Of a stretch of 64,000 bases of DNA, positions 1 through 11,529 are shown in pieces (positions within the stretch are counted from its first letter, which is position 1; each line of letters begins with the position of its first letter). The position numbers and the translations under genes were made by a program. This stretch comes from Dudresnaya verticillata (taxonomy: Eukaryota), in contig OZ374563.1 of NCBI GenBank assembly GCA_977862235.1, positions 1,116,001 through 1,180,000 of the forward strand, in the 5' to 3' direction. The notes under the pieces are model-generated. The model was not told the origin of the DNA and searched no databases. It was given only the letters and a program-made list of their open reading frames with translations.

Positions 1-605
1 TCTCGGAGTGCAGGGTTGAGCGTGAGCAGCTGCATGATGGGGCTTGAAGCGATCAGCTGTATTTGTGCAACATTGGCCAGCATGTTTGTCATTGATTGTT
101 GCTGTTGCCCATACTCATTAAACAACGGTGGTTGCCCATACTCATTGAGTGACGGTTGGTGCCCATATCCATTCGTAAAAGATTGTTGGGCATAGCCGTT
201 AACTTGCGGCTGTCCACTGACTAGCGGTTGCTGTGCTAGCGTATTTTGCGATAGTTGCTGCGGATGCACTGGGTTTGTGGGATGATGCTGAAGATAAGCT
301 AATCCAGGCGGCAGCTGCTGCTGAAGGTGGGGTTGGTGGTGACAACTTGGTTGAGTTGGAAGCCTAGCGCGACCAGCTAGGCGCGGGTCTCTCGTCAGAG
401 GCGTCGCCACATTGGCAACCGAAGGCTGGCTTTGGGAAGAGATTGGGGCGGGCGCAGCACTTCCGAGAGGTTGAGATGTGGAGGGGCCTCGAACAGAATT
501 GGTCCTCGATGCTGAGGCTGGATGCGGCAGACGGCTCATGATGGTGGATATCTTTTCGATAGGTTCGACAAGATCAATTACGCCGAAGCAATCACGTAGA
601 TGCAC
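1..605 (-). CDS. 5' part of the array-unit zinc-finger protein gene (rest outside the window)
   Basis: Same sequence as 4564-5168. Confidence 0.7.
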   Translation of the reverse strand, partial: MHLRDCFGVIDLVEPIEKISTIMSRLPHPASASRTNSVRGPSTSQPLGSAAPAPISSQSQPSVANVATPLTRDPRLAGRARLPTQPSCHHQPHLQQQLPPGLAYLQHHPTNPVHPQQLSQNTLAQQPLVSGQPQVNGYAQQSFTNGYGHQPSLNEYGQPPLFNEYGQQQQSMTNMLANVAQIQLIASSPIMQLLTLNPALR

Positions 606-1046
606 CTATTGAGGTTTGTTGCAAACTCTTCACCCTCGGTCAAGGGCTGGGCGTTTTGATAAGGCGAGGTGGTAGGGTTCTAGAGCACTCGAGAAGAGGT
701 TTTGAATAGCTCCACACAGTGCCTTCTTTGAGTTCGAGCTTGGGAAGGGCGAGGAGAGGTTGAGGACTGTTCAGACTGTATGCTGAATTTTACTCAACAC
801 GGTGGGTGTGAGTGAGGTCGTTGTTGTAAGTCTATTGAAAGTTTGCTTTGATGGATTCAATTTGAAGTATACAGACGAAAGAAGAGTTGCAATTTGACGC
901 GCAGTGCATGTGGATTGTCCTTGTTTTAGTGGGATGTTTTCATGATCTCGATTCATCTGACAATAACGCAATAATGCTTTCTGTTGTAACGTGGTATACG
1001 CGGAAGACCACGATTGTCTTGAGTTGGGAAGCACGGTTTCTTTTAT

Positions 1047-1123
1047 GAAGGATAATGCGGCGGGTGAAGCGGCGGAACGGGAAGCCATCCCGTTCTCATA
1101 ACGCACCCGCCGCTTTATCCTTC
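1047..1123. other. 77-nt inverted repeat/hairpin in each array unit (copies at 5610-5686, 10173-10249, 13924-14000)
   Basis: Outer arms gaaggataatgcggcgggtg / cacccgccgctttatccttc pair at 19/20. Inner arms gaacggga / tcccgttc pair at 8/8 around a 5-nt loop. Confidence 0.85.
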
Positions 1124-2018
1124 CCTACGCACTCTCCCCTGTTAGTCGGCCACCCACTCCCTTCCGTCAGCCACAACCTCCATAAGCCTCGACCAGGACA
1201 TCGTTCTCTACAGCTCGTTGTAGGCACCTGAGCTGAGTCAGGAGGGAGTCACACTAGAATGTAGCAATTGGCATACCTGCGCTCCGCGGCGAGCTGTTGG
1301 CCAAAGTTTGGTACCTGCGCTGATCTACTGTACCACTCTAAATGCCGCCTCCGCCCGCCGACCGTTCCAGCGCTAATGCGCCACACAACACGCCTGCCAC
1401 AACTGCTCAACCGCCGCAACGCCCAAACGCTTTGAACTTCAGGAGTCATCTCATCGCTGTTGACTCTGACTCAGCGAGGAAGGATTTTGACTCAGCACTT
1501 CGCAACATTCTACGTGGACGGCAGCGAGGGATATAGTTATCAAATCCTGCTGTCCAGAACTAATCCAAGACCTTGTCTTCTAAAAACGGTTCGCTAAGGT
1601 GCCATACGCGTTGGACGAGATCCAGAGCAATGAGTATGCAGGGAAGATGGCTGGCTGAATGTATGCCATTGCGCTGGAATCGCTGCTGTTTTCAATGACG
1701 ATGTGGACAAGACCGCTGTTGGTTTAGTTGTTCGTAGTTGGTAACGCTGCTGCTGGTGAAGCCAAGGTGCATAAGCAAGGTGCAGAGAACTCTTCATTAA
1801 CTATTGCTACCGCTATTGTCAGAGATGACACTACGGATGTACACGGCGATACTGACGATTTTCCGGAGTAGGCGCCAAGGGTGGTCGAGATAGCTGTGGA
1901 TGGCGCGGGTGCAGTGAAAACTCTCATGAAGGATTGCGCAGCGGGGAGTGCTGATATCAGGTTATTAAGCTTGGCCCAGAAAAAGTAATGTTTTTTATTA
2001 AATCTATTCACAAGTCAG

Positions 2019-2819
2019 AGAGAGAGACCTTTATTAAACAACAAGAGAGAAGCCCCTTAAGGGGGCTTAGGATTCAGAGCTACCATAAAGAGGCGGAGGA
2101 GCAAGCTTGCGGCGGTTGACACTCACCGCCACGCATTGGAGAACTAAAGAGAGTAAACGAGTAGTGAGGCGAAGTTTCTCCGTAGACGGAGAGGTCCCGC
2201 GCTTGCTGGCAATGAAGTTAGCAATACGTTGGGCGCCAACTTCAAAGCCAGATCCAACACGGCCATAGACATCTACAACCATAGGATGGATAACCATATC
2301 CAAACTAGCGCACACGCGGCGGTAATGAGAGCGTTTGACACGTTCGCGAGCTGCAATGGCTTGGCCAGCAACGCGACCAGTGGAACCATGAATAGAATGG
2401 GGACTGACGACCGAGACATCAAATCCATGGGGGTGAGGGGCAAAGCCACGATCATCAACGAAAATATCCATACGCAGTTGGTCACGTGGATCAACAGGCT
2501 GTGGGGGACCACCAGAAGCAGCATGACGCTCGTCACGTATGCGTTCAGCACGTGTTCGGGCAGCGTTGGGGACAGAGCTACGGGGCCCATGCTCATCCGA
2601 ATAAGTGAAACGATGCTCAACTTCAACGCGCACGCCATGGGGGCGGGCGATAGTCTGAAATAAGACACTTAAACGATCCCGAAGATGATCATGACGGCGA
2701 ATCGTGCCCTCACGAGAAGAACAGACCGTAGCATGATGCCCATAAACATCAAGAAGAGGGGGAACAGAAGCGGTACCATCAACACAACGGGGGCATGGGT
2801 CATCTCCACTGAAGATGGG
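2019..2819 (-). mobile_element. 5'-truncated CRE-clade-like non-LTR retrotransposon (zinc finger + restriction-like endonuclease C-terminus)
   Basis: The ORF shows CPRC..HHATVC, RHD, RMDI..DVSV..RERVKRSHY and PMVVDVYG, the RLE layout. The minus-strand 3' end is AATAAA followed by (TC)n. A 10-bp TSD cacaagtcag lies at 2009-2018 and 2820-2829. Empty sites are at 11135 and 14886. Confidence 0.9.
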
Positions 2820-3214
2820 CACAAGTCAGTGCCGCAAGTTATCTCTTTTTGCGACAAGCATGTTGTCACCCTTTCCGTCGGGGCTGATTTGAGCCCTTGG
2901 CTTGTTATTGGCCCGAGGTGTAGCCGAGGGCCAATAACAACCCTCGGGCTCTACTGTAGAGAACTCGGGCTCTACTGTACTGTAGAGAACACAACGAAAA
3001 AGGTGCCCGTGACGGGTAAGCCACGAGACACTTGCAGCTGCGTTTGCAAGCTCCGCTTGCTACACTTAGCGAGACAATATCAAGTCAGCGTTAGTTCTTT
3101 TACCGCTTGTAGCTACAGAGCCTACCCATTAGGGGAGGAGGCCGCGCCAATGTGCCCCAGCTGGCTGGAAAATACCATTGTTTCACTCGAGGAAACTTCT
3201 TCCTACCTGTAACA

Positions 3215-5168
3215 CTACCACAAGAAGCTAGGATCGACAAAATTCTTACTCAGCAGATCAGACTCTAAGATGTCTTCCACGTTCAATGCGGAAAGTACAT
3301 GGGCCTGATCAACAATCCCCGTTGGCGTCCGAGATTCATTGCCGTTGCTGGCAACTTGGGATGCAACCTGTGGATTGCGACCACTCTGGCGACGGGCCGC
3401 TGCAATGCTCTGGGATGAACTCCCATCTTGGGAACGAGGAATAGAAGTCCCGGCGGTTGCAGAGCTTGAAAGGCCTTCAACACCCGTGTCCATGTGCGAA
3501 GAGTTCGGGGTTGTAGCTTTTGTAGAGCTTGGTGTCCCCCATTTGGTCTGTATTGCTCTTCGACGCAGCCTGGCGGGAACGAGAGGCGCTAGCAGACCGC
3601 GACTTGGCTGGTGCCTTCCGAGCTTTTGCTGGTTTCGCCCTGTTTTGGGGCTTTTTGTCAACCGGGACAGCGGAGGAGCCAGAAGCTGTAGCTTTTTGAG
3701 CTTTTGGTTGCCTCTTTCGATTTGAAGTCGGCTTTCTCGGCTCCCTCCCAGGCTTCTTGGATGCTTCTTTGCTCACCCGACCCTTGGACGGCTTCAGCTC
3801 AACATTTCGCAGTCCCTCACTTTCCTTCTCTGCGTTAGTTGAAGCCTCGCGATAGACCTTTTTCGCTTCCGTACCCATTGGTTTGCGGTTACGATCCGGG
3901 TCCTTGCGACACGCCTGGCAGTCCCAGGTCCCGAGCCTCCTCGCAAGACGTAGCAAGCCAACGTCTCTCACCTTTCCTGCACACTTAAAGCACAATCCCA
4001 TATCACAAGTCCCAGAATATGTATTGATACATTTGAACATGTCCGAGACATTTGAATCAATTAGGCAATACTGGCAGAACGTGGCTCCAATTCGCTTGCC
4101 GGGAACAGGCTTAGACCTAGAATTAAGCATTGGATTCGCTCCATCTGCAACGTTCGAGGGCACGACTTTCGAAGGCTGAGGTACTGAAGCGGGTTTGGTC
4201 CCATTTTCAGGTGTTGAAGCGCCCGTGGTTCCATTCTGAGATACTGAAGCGACTCTGGTCCCGTTCTGAGGTCCCGAAGCTGCTGTCGTCGCATTACGAG
4301 GTGCTGAAGCGGCTCTGGTCGCATTACGAGGTGCTGAAGCGGCTCTGGTCGCATTACGAGGTGCTGAAGCGGCCTTGTTCACATTCTGCCTTCTATGCAC
4401 CGCTTTTGCTATCTTCTTTTGGACTGGCAAAGAGCCCACGGCCGAAGGCGGGGGACTTGGTGGGATTTGTTGTCCATGAACGGGTGCAGTAGGATTGGAG
4501 ATAGCTGTAGCCTGCGGAGCATGCTGAGCGATCAGCTGTGCCACAAGGGGAGCGCAAGCAGGGTCTCGGAGTGCAGGGTTGAGCGTGAGCAGCTGCATGA
4601 TGGGGCTTGAAGCGATCAGCTGTATTTGTGCAACATTGGCCAGCATGTTTGTCATTGATTGTTGCTGTTGCCCATACTCATTAAACAACGGTGGTTGCCC
4701 ATACTCATTGAGTGACGGTTGGTGCCCATATCCATTCGTAAAAGATTGTTGGGCATAGCCGTTAACTTGCGGCTGTCCACTGACTAGCGGTTGCTGTGCT
4801 AGCGTATTTTGCGATAGTTGCTGCGGATGCACTGGGTTTGTGGGATGATGCTGAAGATAAGCTAATCCAGGCGGCAGCTGCTGCTGAAGGTGGGGTTGGT
4901 GGTGACAACTTGGTTGAGTTGGAAGCCTAGCGCGACCAGCTAGGCGCGGGTCTCTCGTCAGAGGCGTCGCCACATTGGCAACCGAAGGCTGGCTTTGGGA
5001 AGAGATTGGGGCGGGCGCAGCACTTCCGAGAGGTTGAGATGTGGAGGGGCCTCGAACAGAATTGGTCCTCGATGCTGAGGCTGGATGCGGCAGACGGCTC
5101 ATGATGGTGGATATCTTTTCGATAGGTTCGACAAGATCAATTACGCCGAAGCAATCACGTAGATGCAC
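3215..5168 (-). pseudogene. Array-unit zinc-finger protein gene, frameshifted allele (C5 run at 3536-3540)
   Basis: Split into 563-aa and 148-aa ORFs that are fused in the copy at 11530-13482. Confidence 0.75.
4180..4375 (-). repeat. 30-bp coding minisatellite (RNATRAASAP-type decapeptide, about 6-7 degenerate copies), present in every unit
   Basis: gaagcggctctggtcgcattacgaggtgct repeated at 30-bp spacing. Confidence 0.9.
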
Positions 5169-6581
5169 CTATTGAGGTTTGTTGCAAACTCTTCACCCTC
5201 GGTCAAGGGCTGGGCGTTTTGATAAGGCGAGGTGGTAGGGTTCTAGAGCACTCGAGAAGAGGTTTTGAATAGCTCCACACAGTGCCTTCTTTGAGTTCGA
5301 GCTTGGGAAGGGCGAGGAGAGGTTGAGGACTGTTCAGACTGTATGCTGAATTTTACTCAACACGGTGGGTGTGAGTGAGGTCGTTGTTGTAAGTCTATTG
5401 AAAGTTTGCTTTGATGGATTCAATTTGAAGTATACAGACGAAAGAAGAGTTGCAATTTGACGCGCAGTGCATGTGGATTGTCCTTGTTTTAGTGGGATGT
5501 TTTCATGATCTCGATTCATCTGACAATAACGCAATAATGCTTTCTGTTGTAACGTGGTATACGCGGAAGACCACGATTGTCTTGAGTTGGGAAGCACGGT
5601 TTCTTTTATGAAGGATAATGCGGCGGGTGAAGCGGCGGAACGGGAAGCCATCCCGTTCTCATAACGCACCCGCCGCTTTATCCTTCCCTACGCACTCTCC
5701 CCTGTTAGTCGGCCACCCACTCCCTTCCGTCAGCCACAACCTCCATAAGCCTCGACCAGGACATCGTTCTCTACAGCTCGTTGTAGGCACCTGAGCTGAG
5801 TCAGGAGGGAGTCACACTAGAATGTAGCAATTGGCATACCTGCGCTCCGCGGCGAGCTGTTGGCCAAAGTTTGGTACCTGCGCTGATCTACTGTACCACT
5901 CTAAATGCCGCCTCCGCCCGCCGACCGTTCCAGCGCTAATGCGCCACACAACACGCCTGCCACAACTGCTCAACCGCCGCAACGCCCAAACGCTTTGAAC
6001 TTCAGGAGTCATCTCATCGCTGTTGACTCTGACTCAGCGAGGAAGGATTTTGACTCAGCACTTCGCAACATTCTACGTGGACGGCAGCGAGGGATATAGT
6101 TATCAAATCCTGCTGTCCAGAACTAATCCAAGACCTTGTCTTCTAAAAACGGTTCGCTAAGGTGCCATACGCGTTGGACGAGATCCAGAGCAATGAGTAT
6201 GCAGGGAAGATGGCTGGCTGAATGTATGCCATTGCGCTGGAATCGCTGCTGTTTTCAATGACGATGTGGACAAGACCGCTGTTGGTTTAGTTGTTCGTAG
6301 TTGGTAACGCTGCTGCTGGTGAAGCCAAGGTGCATAAGCAAGGTGCAGAGAACTCTTCATTAACTATTGCTACCGCTATTGTCAGAGATGACACTACGGA
6401 TGTACACGGCGATACTGACGATTTTCCGGAGTAGGCGCCAAGGGTGGTCGAGATAGCTGTGGATGGCGCGGGTGCAGTGAAAACTCTCATGAAGGATTGC
6501 GCAGCGGGGAGTGCTGATATCAGGTTATTAAGCTTGGCCCAGAAAAAGTAATGTTTTTTATTAAATCTATTCACAAGTCAG

Positions 6582-7382
6582 AGAGAGAGACCTTTATTAA
6601 ACAACAAGAGAGAAGCCCCTTAAGGGGGCTTAGGATTCAGAGCTACCATAAAGAGGCGGAGGAGCAAGCTTGCGGCGGTTGACACTCACCGCCACGCATT
6701 GGAGAACTAAAGAGAGTAAACGAGTAGTGAGGCGAAGTTTCTCCGTAGACGGAGAGGTCCCGCGCTTGCTGGCAATGAAGTTAGCAATACGTTGGGCGCC
6801 AACTTCAAAGCCAGATCCAACACGGCCATAGACATCTACAACCATAGGATGGATAACCATATCCAAACTAGCGCACACGCGGCGGTAATGAGAGCGTTTG
6901 ACACGTTCGCGAGCTGCAATGGCTTGGCCAGCAACGCGACCAGTGGAACCATGAATAGAATGGGGACTGACGACCGAGACATCAAATCCATGGGGGTGAG
7001 GGGCAAAGCCACGATCATCAACGAAAATATCCATACGCAGTTGGTCACGTGGATCAACAGGCTGTGGGGGACCACCAGAAGCAGCATGACGCTCGTCACG
7101 TATGCGTTCAGCACGTGTTCGGGCAGCGTTGGGGACAGAGCTACGGGGCCCATGCTCATCCGAATAAGTGAAACGATGCTCAACTTCAACGCGCACGCCA
7201 TGGGGGCGGGCGATAGTCTGAAATAAGACACTTAAACGATCCCGAAGATGATCATGACGGCGAATCGTGCCCTCACGAGAAGAACAGACCGTAGCATGAT
7301 GCCCATAAACATCAAGAAGAGGGGGAACAGAAGCGGTACCATCAACACAACGGGGGCATGGGTCATCTCCACTGAAGATGGG
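6582..7382 (-). mobile_element. Second copy of the truncated CRE-like insertion, duplicated with the array unit
   Basis: Same sequence and junctions as 2019-2819, with TSD at 6572-6581 and 7383-7392. Confidence 0.9.
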
Positions 7383-7777
7383 CACAAGTCAGTGCCGCAA
7401 GTTATCTCTTTTTGCGACAAGCATGTTGTCACCCTTTCCGTCGGGGCTGATTTGAGCCCTTGGCTTGTTATTGGCCCGAGGTGTAGCCGAGGGCCAATAA
7501 CAACCCTCGGGCTCTACTGTAGAGAACTCGGGCTCTACTGTACTGTAGAGAACACAACGAAAAAGGTGCCCGTGACGGGTAAGCCACGAGACACTTGCAG
7601 CTGCGTTTGCAAGCTCCGCTTGCTACACTTAGCGAGACAATATCAAGTCAGCGTTAGTTCTTTTACCGCTTGTAGCTACAGAGCCTACCCATTAGGGGAG
7701 GAGGCCGCGCCAATGTGCCCCAGCTGGCTGGAAAATACCATTGTTTCACTCGAGGAAACTTCTTCCTACCTGTAACA

Positions 7778-9731
7778 CTACCACAAGAAGCTAGGATCGA
7801 CAAAATTCTTACTCAGCAGATCAGACTCTAAGATGTCTTCCACGTTCAATGCGGAAAGTACATGGGCCTGATCAACAATCCCCGTTGGCGTCCGAGATTC
7901 ATTGCCGTTGCTGGCAACTTGGGATGCAACCTGTGGATTGCGACCACTCTGGCGACGGGCCGCTGCAATGCTCTGGGATGAACTCCCATCTTGGGAACGA
8001 GGAATAGAAGTCCCGGCGGTTGCAGAGCTTGAAAGGCCTTCAACACCCGTGTCCATGTGCGAAGAGTTCGGGGTTGTAGCTTTTGTAGAGCTTGGTGTCC
8101 CCCATTTGGTCTGTATTGCTCTTCGACGCAGCCTGGCGGGAACGAGAGGCGCTAGCAGACCGCGACTTGGCTGGTGCCTTCCGAGCTTTTGCTGGTTTCG
8201 CCCTGTTTTGGGGCTTTTTGTCAACCGGGACAGCGGAGGAGCCAGAAGCTGTAGCTTTTTGAGCTTTTGGTTGCCTCTTTCGATTTGAAGTCGGCTTTCT
8301 CGGCTCCCTCCCAGGCTTCTTGGATGCTTCTTTGCTCACCCGACCCTTGGACGGCTTCAGCTCAACATTTCGCAGTCCCTCACTTTCCTTCTCTGCGTTA
8401 GTTGAAGCCTCGCGATAGACCTTTTTCGCTTCCGTACCCATTGGTTTGCGGTTACGATCCGGGTCCTTGCGACACGCCTGGCAGTCCCAGGTCCCGAGCC
8501 TCCTCGCAAGACGTAGCAAGCCAACGTCTCTCACCTTTCCTGCACACTTAAAGCACAATCCCATATCACAAGTCCCAGAATATGTATTGATACATTTGAA
8601 CATGTCCGAGACATTTGAATCAATTAGGCAATACTGGCAGAACGTGGCTCCAATTCGCTTGCCGGGAACAGGCTTAGACCTAGAATTAAGCATTGGATTC
8701 GCTCCATCTGCAACGTTCGAGGGCACGACTTTCGAAGGCTGAGGTACTGAAGCGGGTTTGGTCCCATTTTCAGGTGTTGAAGCGCCCGTGGTTCCATTCT
8801 GAGATACTGAAGCGACTCTGGTCCCGTTCTGAGGTCCCGAAGCTGCTGTCGTCGCATTACGAGGTGCTGAAGCGGCTCTGGTCGCATTACGAGGTGCTGA
8901 AGCGGCTCTGGTCGCATTACGAGGTGCTGAAGCGGCCTTGTTCACATTCTGCCTTCTATGCACCGCTTTTGCTATCTTCTTTTGGACTGGCAAAGAGCCC
9001 ACGGCCGAAGGCGGGGGACTTGGTGGGATTTGTTGTCCATGAACGGGTGCAGTAGGATTGGAGATAGCTGTAGCCTGCGGAGCATGCTGAGCGATCAGCT
9101 GTGCCACAAGGGGAGCGCAAGCAGGGTCTCGGAGTGCAGGGTTGAGCGTGAGCAGCTGCATGATGGGGCTTGAAGCGATCAGCTGTATTTGTGCAACATT
9201 GGCCAGCATGTTTGTCATTGATTGTTGCTGTTGCCCATACTCATTAAACAACGGTGGTTGCCCATACTCATTGAGTGACGGTTGGTGCCCATATCCATTC
9301 GTAAAAGATTGTTGGGCATAGCCGTTAACTTGCGGCTGTCCACTGACTAGCGGTTGCTGTGCTAGCGTATTTTGCGATAGTTGCTGCGGATGCACTGGGT
9401 TTGTGGGATGATGCTGAAGATAAGCTAATCCAGGCGGCAGCTGCTGCTGAAGGTGGGGTTGGTGGTGACAACTTGGTTGAGTTGGAAGCCTAGCGCGACC
9501 AGCTAGGCGCGGGTCTCTCGTCAGAGGCGTCGCCACATTGGCAACCGAAGGCTGGCTTTGGGAAGAGATTGGGGCGGGCGCAGCACTTCCGAGAGGTTGA
9601 GATGTGGAGGGGCCTCGAACAGAATTGGTCCTCGATGCTGAGGCTGGATGCGGCAGACGGCTCATGATGGTGGATATCTTTTCGATAGGTTCGACAAGAT
9701 CAATTACGCCGAAGCAATCACGTAGATGCAC
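7778..9731 (-). pseudogene. Array-unit zinc-finger protein gene, frameshifted allele
   Basis: Same C5 frameshift as 3215-5168. Confidence 0.75.
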
Positions 9732-11529
9732 CTATTGAGGTTTGTTGCAAACTCTTCACCCTCGGTCAAGGGCTGGGCGTTTTGATAAGGCGAGGTGGTA
9801 GGGTTCTAGAGCACTCGAGAAGAGGTTTTGAATAGCTCCACACAGTGCCTTCTTTGAGTTCGAGCTTGGGAAGGGCGAGGAGAGGTTGAGGACTGTTCAG
9901 ACTGTATGCTGAATTTTACTCAACACGGTGGGTGTGAGTGAGGTCGTTGTTGTAAGTCTATTGAAAGTTTGCTTTGATGGATTCAATTTGAAGTATACAG
10001 ACGAAAGAAGAGTTGCAATTTGACGCGCAGTGCATGTGGATTGTCCTTGTTTTAGTGGGATGTTTTCATGATCTCGATTCATCTGACAATAACGCAATAA
10101 TGCTTTCTGTTGTAACGTGGTATACGCGGAAGACCACGATTGTCTTGAGTTGGGAAGCACGGTTTCTTTTATGAAGGATAATGCGGCGGGTGAAGCGGCG
10201 GAACGGGAAGCCATCCCGTTCTCATAACGCACCCGCCGCTTTATCCTTCCCTACGCACTCTCCCCTGTTAGTCGGCCACCCACTCCCTTCCGTCAGCCAC
10301 AACCTCCATAAGCCTCGACCAGGACATCGTTCTCTACAGCTCGTTGTAGGCACCTGAGCTGAGTCAGGAGGGAGTCACACTAGAATGTAGCAATTGGCAT
10401 ACCTGCGCTCCGCGGCGAGCTGTTGGCCAAAGTTTGGTACCTGCGCTGATCTACTGTACCACTCTAAATGCCGCCTCCGCCCGCCGACCGTTCCAGCGCT
10501 AATGCGCCACACAACACGCCTGCCACAACTGCTCAACCGCCGCAACGCCCAAACGCTTTGAACTTCAGGAGTCATCTCATCGCTGTTGACTCTGACTCAG
10601 CGAGGAAGGATTTTGACTCAGCACTTCGCAACATTCTACGTGGACGGCAGCGAGGGATATAGTTATCAAATCCTGCTGTCCAGAACTAATCCAAGACCTT
10701 GTCTTCTAAAAACGGTTCGCTAAGGTGCCATACGCGTTGGACGAGATCCAGAGCAATGAGTATGCAGGGAAGATGGCTGGCTGAATGTATGCCATTGCGC
10801 TGGAATCGCTGCTGTTTTCAATGACGATGTGGACAAGACCGCTGTTGGTTTAGTTGTTCGTAGTTGGTAACGCTGCTGCTGGTGAAGCCAAGGTGCATAA
10901 GCAAGGTGCAGAGAACTCTTCATTAACTATTGCTACCGCTATTGTCAGAGATGACACTACGGATGTACACGGCGATACTGACGATTTTCCGGAGTAGGCG
11001 CCAAGGGTGGTCGAGATAGCTGTGGATGGCGCGGGTGCAGTGAAAACTCTCATGAAGGATTGCGCAGCGGGGAGTGCTGATATCAGGTTATTAAGCTTGG
11101 CCCAGAAAAAGTAATGTTTTTTATTAAATCTATTCACAAGTCAGTGCCGCAAGTTATCTCTTTTTGCGACAAGCATGTTGTCACCCTTTCCGTCGGGGCT
11201 GATTTGAGCCCTTGGCTTGTTATTGGCCCGAGGTGTAGCCGAGGGCCAATAACAACCCTCGGGCTCTACTGTAGAGAACTCGGGCTCTACTGTACTGTAG
11301 AGAACACAACGAAAAAGGTGCCCGTGACGGGTAAGCCACGAGACACTTGCAGCTGCGTTTGCAAGCTCCGCTTGCTACACTTAGCGAGACAATATCAAGT
11401 CAGCGTTAGTTCTTTTACCGCTTGTAGCTACAGAGCCTACCCATTAGGGGAGGAGGCCGCGCCAATGTGCCCCAGCTGGCTGGAAAATACCATTGTTTCA
11501 CTCGAGGAAACTTCTTCCTACCTGTAACA

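Noticed and set aside
1227..1260. Helitron 3' end in the array unit (hairpin cctga/tcagg, then CTAG)
   Set aside because: The stem is only 5 bp, CTAG is followed by A rather than T, and there is no Rep/helicase or 5' TC evidence.
1342..1990. Plus-strand gene in the array unit
   Set aside because: Only short ORFs broken by stops, with no recognisable motif.
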